Origin: Heterodontus francisci
Taxonomy: Eukaryota
Direction of reading: 5' to 3'
DNA: 64,000 nucleotides
Assembly (NCBI RefSeq): GCF_036365525.1
Contig: NC_090413.1
Coordinates: 28,906,262-28,970,261, forward strand
Of the stretch, positions 12,561 to 25,290 are shown in pieces. A program made the translations under genes and the position numbers. The first letter of the stretch is position 1; each line of letters opens with the position of its first letter. Below the pieces are notes generated by a model. That model did no database searches. It saw only the letters and a program-made list of their open reading frames with translations, and had not been told where the DNA came from.

Positions 12561-13514
12561 ATAACTCCCCAACACTCCCCTGAGCATTAATGGGAAATTT
12601 AAATAAGACTTTGTAGATCTATACACCCAGTGCAATGGACATAAATGTGTAGGAAACCAACATCTTCTGTGACCCTCACGCTAAAAAAGCCTTCAATATA
12701 TCACCTTTTGTTTCCTCATCTTCCTCCTTTTAACATAGGAATTAAAGAATTCCTATTGAGAAATCCCTTGTCCGATTCATCAATTTACTTGGAAAATTAC
12801 AATTACTGACATTGGTGATGCAATCGCTCTGATTTGATATTTTTGAAAAAATGACTACATATTCAAAAGTATTTACAGACGATGCGTTTCCCTATTCACG
12901 TATACAATCCTGTTCATACAAGCATGCCAAAATTAGACAAATATCCCTTCATATTTTTACAACTAGCATTTACATATTTCTTCATTTCTTCAACTTAAAC
13001 ATTCCAGCTAGCACATGCTCAGAAAACAGTAACACATGAAAGCTCAAAACTTATCCCTAAAAATGTATATATAAAGAAGATACTTGTTCATATTATAGAA
13101 TAATGCTATTCAGCAATCACATGAGTGATTATTTTACAGTGTCAAATCTCAAATCCAGTTTGTTGGTGAGAAACAAAGTGAGCCTCCCTGACCTTCATGA
13201 GTTTCAACCAATCAAGTATCAGAACGACAATGGTTTTTCAAAAGGAATTCAAACTTGCCTTAAAAAGCAAGACCATCTGCGGATGAAAGGAAGTTAGAAT
13301 TTTAAAAAATTGCTGTGAGTAGCATTTTAACTGTGATCATCCAAATTCTTACTTAAAAGGAATTCAATTACAACAACATTTATTTATATAGCACCTTTAA
13401 TGTAGTAAAACATCCCAAGGTGTTCATAGGAGTGTTATCAAAGAGATTTGAGGAGGTATTAGGACAGACGGCCAAATGTTTGGTCAACGAGGTAGGTTTT
13501 AAGGAGCATCTTAT

Positions 13515-16500
13515 GACCATAATATGATGGAATTTTACATTAAGTTTGAAAGCGATGTAGTTCAGTCAGAAACTAGGTTCTTAAATCTAAACCAAGGAAA
13601 CTATGAAGGTATGAGGGGCAAATTGGCTATGGTGCATTGGGAAACTATGTTAAAAGGTATATGGTAGACAGGCAATGGCTAACATGTAAAAAACTAATAC
13701 ATCATTTACAACAAAAATACATTCCTTTAATGCACAAAAACCCAGCAAGGAAAGTGTTCCAACTGTGGCTAACGAAAGAAATCAAGGATTGTATTAGAGC
13801 AAAGGAAGAGGTGTATAAAATTGCCAAAAAAAGCAGGAAGCCTGAGGATTGGGATCATTTCAGAATTCTGCAAAGGAGGACAAAGAAAAAGATTAAGAAA
13901 GGGAAAATAGAATATGAGAGTAAACTAGCAAGAAACATAAAAAGGGACTGTAAAAGCTTCTATAGGTATGTAAAAAGGAAAAGATTAGCAAAGGCAAATG
14001 TGAGTCCATTGGAAGCACAGTCAGAAGAATTTATAATGGGGAATAAGGAAATGAAAGAGAAACTAAAAAAGTACTTTGTGTCTGTCTTCACGGAGGAAAA
14101 TACTAAAAACCTCCCAGAAATAATGGAAAATCAAGGGACTAGTGTAAACGAGGAACTGTAAGATACTAATATTAGTAACAAAATGTACTAGAGAAATTAA
14201 TGAAGCGTCAAGTAGATAAATCCCTGGGCCTGATGATCTACATCCCAGAATGTTGAAAGAGGTGGCTGTAGAGATAGTAGATGCATTGGTGGTCATCTTT
14301 CAAAATTCAATGGACTCTGGAATGGTTCCTGTAATCTTGCTATTTAAGAAAGGAGGGAAAGAGAAAACAGAGAACGACAGACCTGTTAGCCCAACATCAG
14401 TTGTGCGGAAAATGCTAGAATCTACAACAAAGGATGTGATAACAGGACACTTAGGAAATAATGGCAGGATTGGGCAGAGTCAACATGGATTTATGAAAGG
14501 GAAATCATGTTTAACAAACCTTTTGGAGTTGTTTGAGACTGTAATTAGCAGAATAAATAAGGGGAAACCAGTGGATGTGGTATATTTAGATTTTCAGAAA
14601 GCTTTTGATAAGGTTAGTGAACAAAATTAGGTCACCTTGGATTGGGGGGAATATACTGTCATGGATTGAGAACTGGTTAACAGACAGAAAACAGAATAGG
14701 AATAAATGGGTCATTTTCGTATTGGCAGGCTGTGACTGGTGGAGTATTGCAAGTATCAGTACTTGGGTAAAAGCAAAATACTGCGGATGCTGGAAATCTG
14801 AAATAAAAACAAGAAATGCTGGAATCACTCAGCAGGTCTGGCAGCATCTGTGGAAAGAGAAGCAGAGTTAACGTTTCGGGTCAGTGACCCTTCTTCGGAA
14901 CTGACAAATATTAGAAAAGTCACAGATTATAAGCAAGTGAGGTGGGGGTGGGGCAAGAGATAACAAAGGAGAAGGTGCAGATTGGACCAGACCACATAGC
15001 TGACCAAAAGGTCACGGAGCAAAGGCAAACAATATGTTAATGGTGTGTTGAAAGACAAAGCATTAGTACAGATTAGGTGTAAATACACTGAATATTGAAC
15101 AGCAGCAAGTGCAAACCTGAAAAAAAACAGTGGGTAAGCAAACTGAACAAACTAAGATGAAATGAAATAAATGCAAAAAAGAGATTGTAAAAAATGTAAA
15201 AAAGAATGTAAAAACAAGGAAGAAAAAATAACTAAAAATGAAAGTAAAATGGGGGGCTGTCATGCTCTGAAATTATTGAACTCAATGTTCAGTCCGGCAG
15301 GCTGTAGTGTGCCTAATCGGTAGATGAGATGCTGTTCCTCGAGCTTGCGTTGATGTTCACTGGAACACTGCAGCAATCCCAGTACTTGGGCCCCAGCAAT
15401 TCACAATCTATATCAATGATTTGGATGTGGGGATTAAATGTAATATTTCCAAGTTTGTAGATGACACAAAACTAGGTGGAAGTGTGAGTTGTGAGGAGGA
15501 TGCAAAGATGCTTCAAGGGGATTTGCAGAGGCTAAGTGAGTGGGAAAAAAATTGGAAGATGGAATACAATGTGGAGAAATGTGAGGTTATCCACTTTGGT
15601 AGGAAAAACAGAAATACAGAGAATTTAGTAAATGGTGAGAGACTGGGAAGTGTTGAATTTCAGAGGGACTTGGGTGTCATCGTTCATGAGTAACTGAAAA
15701 CTAGCATTCAGGTACAGGAATCAATTAAGAAGGCAAATGGTATGTTGGCCTTCATTACAAGAGGATTTGAGCAGAGGAGTAAAGATGTCAACTGCAATGA
15801 TATAGAGCCTTGGTGAGTCCCTACCCGGAGTATTGTCTGCAGTTTTGGTCTCCTTACCTAAGGAAAGATATACTTGCCATGGAGGGAGTGTAACAAAGGT
15901 TCACCAAACTAATTCCTGGGAGGAATTGTCCTATGAGGAAAGATTAATTAGACTGGGGCTTTATTCTGTGGAGTTTAAAAGAATGAGAGGTATGTTTGAA
16001 TGAGATCACAACATTCTTACAGGTCTTGACAGGGTAGATGCAGGAAGGATGTTTCCCCTGGCTGAGGAGTCTAGAACCGGGGACACAATCTCAGAATAAG
16101 GGGCAGGCCATTCAGGATGGAGATGAGGAGGAATTTCTTCACTCGGGGTGGTGAATCTTTGGAATTCTCTGCCCCCGAGGGCTATGGAGGCTCAGTCATT
16201 GAGCATGTTCAAGATTGAAATCGATAGATTTTTACATATTTAAAATTTCAAGGAATATGGGAATAGTGCAGAAAAATGGTGTTGAAGTAGAAGATCAACC
16301 ATCATCTCATTGAATGGCAGAGGGGCTCAAAGGGCTAATTGGACTACTCCTGCTCCTATTTCCTATGTTTTTATGTTCTTTAAGCAGGAGAGAGAGAGAC
16401 ACAGAGATTTAGGGAAGAATTCCCAGAATGGGGCTAAACTGTGGCAAATATATTTCAATGTAGGCAAATGTGAGTGACCAAAAAAGAATAGAACAGGGTA

Positions 16501-16580
16501 CTTCCTAAATGGTGAAAAACAAGTAAAAGTGGGTGTCCAAAGAGATCTTGGGGTTCGGGTACATAGATCATTAAAATGTC
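13515..16580 (+). mobile_element. CR1 LINE ORF2, degenerate, interrupted by a Penelope insertion
   Basis: CKSFYRYVKRKR, QSQHGFMKGKSCLTNLLE, YLDFQKAFDKV and KFVDDTKLGG. Confidence 0.9.
14768..15379 (-). mobile_element. Penelope-like element 3' fragment with 11-bp TSD
   Basis: TSD cagtacttggg at 14757-14767 and 15380-15390. The empty site is at 62445-62455 in the paralogous copy. Confidence 0.9.
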
Positions 16581-17140
16581 GGATCCCCATTGCAATCAAG
16601 TAGTGGGAAGCCGCCCCATTGAGGGACGAGGCTCCCGCCTCCAGAGCTGCCAGCCAATTGGAAGGAGCTGTGGTTGCTGCTGGTACTGCAGGAGCCCTGC
16701 AGCATCAAGGACATTTTAGACCCCGGGACAGGTAAGTGAGGTCGAGGTCCCGATACCATTCAGGCAGGGACTGGTGACAGGGTGGGGGTTGGTGGGTGGG
16801 GGGAGGCTCACCCGGGAAGGGATGGGGAGGCAGCCATCGCTGCCAGGGGTGTCCACTGGGAGCTCTGGATTTGCCCCAAAGGAGGGACCCCCTCCCCCCA
16901 CAACCCACAAGGAGGCTGCCAGACTTTACCTGGAGATGACATTTTAATGATCTCTTTGGACCTTCTCTGTTACTAATATTTTTCCACAGTAGTTGACAAA
17001 TAATCTTTTAAAATTGATGAAACTTGTTTCATATTATTGTCCCTCGCAGGTTATAGTTTTGATTCCAGATTTTGTTTTCCACTTGGGTCTATTGGATTAT
17101 TGTTGGTCTTTGTATTTTGTAGTTTTTATTTTCCTGTTTT

Positions 17141-17238
17141 CTAGTCATTCCTCTTCAAGTAATAAATGATGGCTCCTGTTGCAAGGACAAATATGGCCAC
17201 CACTGATACACTTACTGCAGCTATGATAGCTGTCATAT
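17141..17238 (-). CDS. Second transmembrane exon TMb with a 4-residue tail (ancestral frame extends to 17051)
   Basis: Acceptor TTTTCCTCACAG. Translates DMTAIIAAVSVSVVAIFVLATGAIIYYLKRND then TAG. Read-through gives KTGK*KLQNTKTNNNPIDPSGKQNLESKL*. Confidence 0.72.
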
Positions 17239-19745
17239 CTGTGAGGAAAAATGGAAGTTGAATAAAAGATTTGTAAAACTGTATTTGAATAATCTTTTTT
17301 CAAAATACCACAATTTGCTCAGCGTTTTTAATCTTCTCATGTCAGATACATATTTTGTTCCATGTGTGTCCAAGCAGAACTACATCTTTGCAATTTGAAA
17401 TTCTACTGCAATCACGAGAGAGCAATGACCATTCAGTTCAGTTTAGATTAGGAATTGATTGCAGTAGTTGTGCTGATATCCCTTCACTGGCATCATTGAC
17501 TTCTTCTGCCTTTGAGTTCTTGTACCTCCTGTCAATCTTGTTCAGATCCCTCCTGTTCTCTGTTACAATCCCACCTTCAACTAAAATCTGAAGGCTTCAA
17601 ACTTGAGCACACCTGGAATATATAGTGTGTGATCTTGTTATTCACCACAAAATCTAACTTGACTCTGAGCCCTGACCCAGATTCACTCTGCAGCTTCTGC
17701 CCTTCCCTTTGTCACTCTCACTACTTCCATAAGACCACCTCCACCTGCCTCAATATCCTCTCTACCCAACTTCTGATCTTTCAACTACCTTTACTGTCCC
17801 TGTGATTTCTGATGTCATAAAGGACTCCATTTGTTCCCATGCAAAACCTCCATTAGCCCTTCCACCAAAAGCATGCACTTGCTCCACTCGTCTTTTCTAA
17901 CTACTGCTCCATCTTCAGTTTCCTTTCCTCCCTAGGTTCCTTACACTTACCATTTCCACCAGCTCCATGTCTGCATCTTCCACAACTACCTACTTGAATA
18001 TTCAATCCTATTTCCACCCTGCCCATAGCACTGACATAGTCACAGAGTGCTAAGACTAAGACAGTGACAAAGGTGTGTTATCCCTCTTTGCCCTCCTCAA
18101 CCACTCTGTGTTACTCAACATAGTTTACCTCCTCTACCAGTTCTGCTGTGCAATCCAGCTTTGTATTACTGATCTTGCTTGGTTCCATCCGACCTGTTCT
18201 GATGCGAGGTTCTTTTTTATCTCATCCTTACACACCCATCTCTTAAGTCCACCAAGAATCCATCCGTGGTTCTCTCTTCTTCCTCAGATACATAGTTCCC
18301 CTCAATAACATCCATAACCACAGGTTTTATTAAATCATTTATTCAACTTCCATTTTTCCCCACAGCTCTCATAGAATGATGCTATAGGAATGGAACTAAA
18401 GAGGGATAAAATAGTTCTCCAAGATGGAATTCTAGAACGGTTAACTACAGAAGGCACCTATTCGGCCCATCGAGCACATGCCAGCTCTCTGCAAGAGCAT
18501 TTTAGGTAGTCCCACTTGCTGGCCCTTTCCCTGTAGCCCTACAAACTTTTTGCCTTCACAGCTCTCCGATTCCCTTTTGAAAGCCATGATTGAATCTGCC
18601 TCCAGCACCATTTCAGATCATAACCATTCACTGCAAAAAAAAGTTATCCTTATGTTGCCTTTGGTTCTTTTGTTAATCACTTTAAATCTGTGTCCTCTGG
18701 TTCTAGACCCATCCATCAATGGGAACAGTTACCCTCTATATCCACTGTTCAGACCCCTCATGTTTATGAACACCTCGATCAAATTTCCTTTCAACCTTAT
18801 CTTCTCTAAGGAAAACAGTAAGGCTGGTGTAATGAGAATGGCAGGCGGTGATAAACAATAAATGCCAGCAGCACTACCCATGGCTGGTGTCAGAAAAATA
18901 TAGTTGGCCTAATGAGCATGCAAGGTAGTTGTCTGCTCATGTTTCAGTGTTGTATCAGTTTGTAATAAATTATGATCAGGTTCTTCATGTCTACAAGTTC
19001 CTTCATTTTCACTCCAACTTCCCTAAATCTTTTTTGTCTGTCTACAAAAACCATCTCTTTGATCAGGCTTTTGGTCACTTTCCCCTAACTTTTGCACTCA
19101 GGCTTGCATCTGTTCATTTCTTCCTGTAAGCAGGAGAATGTTTTGCTACATTAAAACTGCTGTATCAATTAATTTGTTGTGAGAGGATAGATCTTGCATC
19201 CTCCCACTAGACATCAGTGTTCCAACATTCAGAACCATCGTGTTGCTACACTTCTGTCATTCTCAATACAGCCACTCGGATACACATAATATTGGTGCAG
19301 ATTCATTCTCTGTTCATTGTTCTTTCTTCTATTGAGCTGGTCTTAAAGATTATGGTAATTGTAGAGATAACGTGAGTCTTAGCACCCTTTGATTAACTGC
19401 ATCATTAACTACCATTTGTAGTTAGCTAACATCAAAAATATACTGTAAGTTTCTAGTTGATAATTGTGAAATTTAATAGTGAATAGACCGATACTTGGAA
19501 TATTACTTAAACTGCAGGAGACTAAGGATGACCAAGTGAGTCCCTGCAATACATTGGCATATTAGCATTGAGCACTACAAACTTGGCATGGCAATCCAGG
19601 TGAACATGTGGAGTGGAGCAGGGACAAAAAAGTTAGCAGAATAAAAACTAGTGCTTATGTTATTCTCTTTGAAGTAGAGATTTATGCTGCAGTTTATACT
19701 AAAGATAGATGTTTTAATCAATTATCACTGGGATTTCAGACTGGC

Positions 19746-20024
19746 CTTTGATTGTGATGTCCACGTTCTTCTCATCAGCTCCAAGTTTATTAGCAGCTGT
19801 ACATTTATATATTCCATTATTTTTTGATGTGGCTTTTGAAATATGGAGGTCTCCTGGAGGCTTAATCACAACATTGCTTTTTTTGGGATATTCCCATTTC
19901 AGTGTTGGCTGTGGGTTTCCTTGGGAGTCACAGATTAATATAATGCTGTCACCATTACTGAAATGTACTGGGGACTCTGAGATAATTTTCTTATTTGCTG
20001 ATATAGTTGTACCTATAGGTTTAT
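19746..20024 (-). CDS. Orphan Ig exon D6b, paralog of gene B exon 7 (alternative exon or pseudo-exon)
   Basis: Acceptor TTCTTTTCTTTTGCAG, 279 nt, phase 1-1, no stops. Translates KPIGTTISANKKIISESPVHFSNGDSIILICDSQGNPQPTLKWEYPKKSNVVIKPPGDLHISKATSKNNGIYKCTAANKLGADEKNVDITIK. Donor AAG|GCCAGT. Not in the ORF track. Confidence 0.8.
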
Positions 20025-20624
20025 CTGCAAAAGAAAAGAAAATGTTTGAAAATTAAGTGAGAAGTGACTTCCATTTCATTTTGTTAAAGTGCAATTATAT
20101 CTTCTTTTAACTTAAATGCTTTGTGCTATGAATTTGGCTTCAGCAGAAACGATTCTGTGCCCAGACCTTTGCCATTGTGCAAAAACAGCCAGAGCAGACT
20201 CCCTATCAAATCTTGTTTCTTTCCAATGAAAAATTGTTGCATAGTAACGGACCACCTAAAATTAGGGCTTGCACTTAGGGGCATCCTGTGAAACTGTTTC
20301 ACTGCACAATGATACAATCAATGCCAAACACCAATTGTTATTACGCTTCGATATATTTCCCCCACAAAAGGGCCTGAATTAATATTGCACAGAACATCTA
20401 TAATAATCATCTCAAAGCTCTTCCATGCAATAAGTACACTGACTATGATATAATCAAATGTGGCTGCCTTGGGATTATTTATGGTGCATTCAAAGTGACT
20501 CTATTGCAAGAGGGGTTTTTGAGATGGAGAGTGCAAGATTGGAGTATAATTGGAACAGAGTATAAAACATGTGTTCAGGAACTTTGTTAAAGATATTTCA
20601 AACACACAATATTATGATAATATA

Positions 20625-23057
20625 AAAGCAAAGTACTGCGGATGCTGGAAATCCGAAAAAAAGCAGAAAGTGTTGGCAAAGTGAAGGCATTTGAGAAAGT
20701 CCCACATAAGGGACTGTTAACTAAGGTAGAAGCCCACGGAGTTGAGGGCAAATTATTGACATGGTTCGGGAGTTGGTTGAATGGTAGGCGACAGAGAGTG
20801 GGGATAATGGGTAAGTACTCCGATTGTCAGGATGTGACTAGTGGTGTCCCACTAGTGGGGCCTCAATTATTCACATTATTCATTAACGACTTGGATGATG
20901 GCATAGTAAGTCATATATCCAAATTTGCATCATGATACAAAGTTAGGCGGCATTGTAGACAGTCTAGATGATAGCATGAATTGCAAAGAGATATTGACAG
21001 ACTAGGTGAGTGGGCAAAACTGTGGCAGATGGATTTCAATGCGGGCAAGTGTGAGATTATCCATTTAGGACCAGAAAGAATAGAGCAGGGTACTTTCTAA
21101 ATGGGAAGAGCTTAAGTACAGTGGATGTCCAAAGAGACTTGGTGGTTCAGGTGCATAGATCTTTAAAATGCCACGAGCAAGTGCAGAAAATAATCAAAAA
21201 GGCTAATGGAATGCTAGCCTTTATATCTAGAGGATTGGAGTATAAAGACACAGAGGTTATGCTGCAGCTGTACAAAACCCTGGTTAGACCCCACTTGGAG
21301 TACTGTGAGCAGTTCTGGGCACCACACCTTTGGAAGGATATATCGGCCTTGGAGGGAGTGCAACGTAGGTTTACAAGAATGATACCTGGACTACAGGGGT
21401 TAAGTTACGAGGACAGATTACACAAATTAGGCCTGTTTTCGCTAGAATTTAGAAGGTTAAGGGGTAATCTGATCGAAGTCTTCAAGCTATTAACAGGAAA
21501 AGACAGGCTAGATAAAGATAAACTATTTCCACTGGTTGGAAATTCTAACACTAGGGGGCATAATCTAATAATTAGGACCAGATCGTTCAGGAGAGATGTT
21601 AGGAAGCACTTCTTCATGCAAAGGGTGGTCGAGGTTTGGAACTCTCTCCCACAAACAGCAGTTGAAGCTAGAACAGTTTTTAATTTTAAATCTGAGATAG
21701 ATAGATTTTTGTTAAGCAAAGATATTAAGGGATATGGGCCAAAGGCAGGTCTATGGAGCTAGGCTGCGGATCAGCCATGATCTCATTGAATGGCGGGACA
21801 GGCTCGGGGGGCTGAATGGCCTCCTCCTGTTCCTATCTTCCTATGTTCCTATGTCCTATGAAATACTCAGCAGGTCTGGCAGCCTCAGTGGAAAGAGAAG
21901 CAGAGTTAACGTTTCAGGTCTGTGACCTTTCATCAGAACTGGCAAAGGTTAGAAATGAAATAGGTTTTAAGCAAGTAAAGCGAAAGTGGGGGGAGAGAGT
22001 ACAAAAGGGAAAGTGTGTGATAGGACTGAGAGCTGGAGAGATTAACTGACAAGGAGGTCATGCTTGCTATTTCAACACACCCCCCTACTCTCATGTCCAT
22101 ATGTCTGTCCTTGGCCTGCTGCAGTGTTCCAGTGAATATCAACACAAGCACGAAGTACAGCATCTCATTTTCCAATTAGGCACTCTACAGCCTTCGGGAC
22201 TGAACATTGGTTTCATTAATTTCAGAGCAAGACTGGCTCCTTTTTTATGATTATTTTATTTTATTTTGTTTTATCATTTTTTACCATGTGCCTGCCTTAA
22301 TCTGGGTTTTTCATGTTTGTGCTTTTGACTAGGGCTGTTCATTATTCTGTCATTAACACTCTCTCTGCACTAATGCTTTGTCTTTCACCACACCATTAGC
22401 ACACTCACTTTGCCTTTGCCCCATGACCTCCTTGTCAGTTCATCTCTCCGGCCCTCTGTCCTATCACACATCCTCCCCTTTGTTCTCTTTTCCCCACCTG
22501 CACTTCACTTGCTTAAAACCTGTTACATTTCTAATCTTTGCCAGTTCTGATGAAAGGTCACAGACCTGAAAGGTTATCTCTGCTTCTCTCTCCACAGATG
22601 CTGTCAAACAGTATTTATGTGGCTGGGCCAGTTCAGTTTCTAGTCAACGATAACCCCAGGATTTGGATAGTAGGGGATTCAGCAATAGTAATGCCATTGA
22701 ACATCAAGGGGAGATGGTTAGATTCTCTCTTGTTGGAGATGGTCATTGCCTGGCACTTGTGTGCTGCGAATGTTACTTGCCATTTATCGGCTCAAGCCTG
22801 GATGTCGTCCAGGTCTTGCTGCATCTGGACACGGGCTGCTTCAGTATCTGAGGAGTCGCGAATGGTGCTGAACATTGTGCAATTATCAGAGAACATCCCC
22901 ACTCTGCCTTATTATCGAAGGAAGGTCAGTATTTCCAGCACTTTCTGTTTTTATTTCAGATTTCCAGCATCTGCAGAGTTGAAATACCACTAACAAAGTT
23001 CCTGAACACATCTTTTATACAGTGTTCCTGCTGAGTATTTCCAGCACTTACTGTTTT
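20625..23057. mobile_element. Nest of Penelope termini (both orientations) and CR1 pieces
   Basis: Penelope ends at 20625-20680, 21860-22605 and 22928-22976. CR1 at 20683-21857 (+, ORF 21121-21762) and a CR1-like piece at 22606-22910 (-). Confidence 0.8.
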
Positions 23058-23309
23058 TAACACAGTAGTGAATGTTATTATTTTAAATGTTATGTTGTTT
23101 TTCCCAGTGTTTGCAATATTCTGCTTACTGTTAGTCCAGTACAGAATGTCTGAAGAGTCAGATGGGTTGAAAGAAACGGAAGCTTTATGAAACAGTCTTA
23201 CTGCTGTGGTTTACATCTTCCAAGCCTGTATGTGAGGCATCCACACACGTTGTGTTACATCACTTCCTGTGATGAGGTATACAGCATGATTAGCATTTTT
23301 AAAAATTCG

Positions 23310-24000
23310 TTCATGAGATGTGGGCATCGCTGGCTCGGCCAGCATTTATTGCCCATTCCTAACTGCCCTTGAGAAGGTAGTGGTGAGCTGCCTTCTTGAA
23401 CCGCTGCAGTCCTTGGGGTGCAAGTACAGCAACAGTGCTGTTAGGAAGGGAGTTCCAGGATTTCGACCCAGGTACAGTGAAGGAACACAATATAGTACCA
23501 AGTCAGGATGGTAGCTTGGAGGGGAATTTGCAGGTGGTGGTGTTCCCATGCATCTGCTGCCCTTGACCTTATAGGTGGTAGAGGTCAGGGGTTTGGAAGA
23601 TGTTGTCAAAGGAGCCATGGTGAGTTGCTGCAGTGCATCTTGTAGATGGTACACACTGCTGCCACTGTGCATCGGTGCTGCAGGGAGTGAATGTTGAAGG
23701 TGGTGGATGGGGTGCCAATCAAGACGGTGGCTTTGTCCTGAATGGTGTTGAGCTTCTTGAGTGTTGTTGGAGCTGCACGCATCCAGGCAAGTGGAGAGTA
23801 TTCCATCACACTCCTGACTTGTGCCTTGTAGATGGTGGACAGATTTTGGGGAGTCAGGTGGTGAGTTACTCGCCGCAGAATTCCCAGCCTCTGAACTGCT
23901 CTTGTAGCCGCAGTATTTATATGGCTGGGCCAGTTCTGTTTCTGGTTCAATGGTAATCCCCAGGATTTGATGGTTGGGGTTTCAGTGATGGTAAGGATAT
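23310..24000 (-). mobile_element. CR1-like LINE 3' end
   Basis: LSTIYKAQVRSVMEYSPLAW motif and the family 3' tail. Confidence 0.85.
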
Positions 24001-25290
24001 TGGGGACAAAATCCCTCCATTCTTTCAAACTGTTGCGATGCGGAAGGGGGTTTATATTTTTTACCTGGATAGAAGAGATAAAATGTGCCAGTGTTCTTTA
24101 TCCATATTTATCATTTAATCTTGTAAACTGAACAACAGCCTTATTGTATTTTCTATCTGCGTGCTGACAAAGCACAAACTTACATAGGAATCATAACACA
24201 AAACAGGCTGTTTGACCCATTCAGCTAATGTTAGCATTTATCTTCTGCACGAGCAGCAGTCCCTAGTAACCTGTGCCCACCCTGTTCCCATAACACTTTA
24301 TCACCTTCGCTGTCTTTGCTTCAATCATGAATTCTGGTACTGCATCCCATAACCTCACAGTCTCCTGTGTAAAAAATGTTTCTTCTGATCTATATCTTAA
24401 ATCTCTTACATTTAATCTTGCACTAGATCCTTAAAAGCACTGAGAACAGTCTGTTTCAATCGCTTTATAGTTTTAAACATCTCTATCAAATCATCCCGCA
24501 AGCTCCTCTCTTCTTACAAAACTGCCTGAGAAGGTTATTGCCAAGGTGACTAATGCCAGAGCTCTCCATAAACAGACGCCAATGGAAATAAGAATTTATT
24601 TTGACTTTAACTAAAATTCCTTGAAAAACTCTAGACTGCCATTTACTAGTGTGAGATCAAATATGTCTGGAACATTAAACCTATTCCGTTTCATTTCAAC
24701 TCCATTACATTTTACATACTTTGTAAATTTCAATTTATACAAATTTATTTTAAAAAGCATTTTTAAACCAGTTGTATGACAATGTTTTTGCTGATGATGC
24801 TACAGGCTGATTAGAAATCACTGGTGCCTACTGTGTTACTAGCAGATATGAAAGACTATCCACCTTGTTTTTCACATCTTGCTGTAGCACAACAGTACAG
24901 GGCCATGTTCACCCCAAAACTGCTCATTACCAAGCTCAGCAATAAAGTGACCTGGGATCAAAATAGAATCCTTACTGCATATACCGGCTTCTGGAATGTC
25001 ACAGATAAATTGACAGACTGAAAAACACTCTAGTGGAACAAGGTACGAATGTAAATCAAACTGATTATTGCACAAAGGATATAGAAATGCACAGAATTTA
25101 GGTTTTACACTGAGGGACTTTTTTTTCCTCCGTTCTTCATGCCGTGGAACCAAGTAAAACACAGCTCTGTCACTCTAGGTAAAAATTTGTTTTCAAATTG
25201 GCTGCTGCAAAGTTAACCAAACAACCATCAATGGATAGTGGCATCCAGAGAAAACATATTAGTAGCAATATCAACATTACTTTTGAAAGT

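Larger units (their letters stand above)
10654..16580. repeat. Segmental duplication block 2, left copy (partner about 59097-63902)
   Basis: Collinear unique and TE sequence, more diverged than block 1, with copy-specific insertions and deletions. Confidence 0.92.

Noticed and set aside
16581-16940. GC-rich stretch as a CpG-island promoter or exon
   Set aside because: It abruptly interrupts a CR1 that continues in the paralog, so it is probably an unclassified repeat insertion. No coherent ORF.
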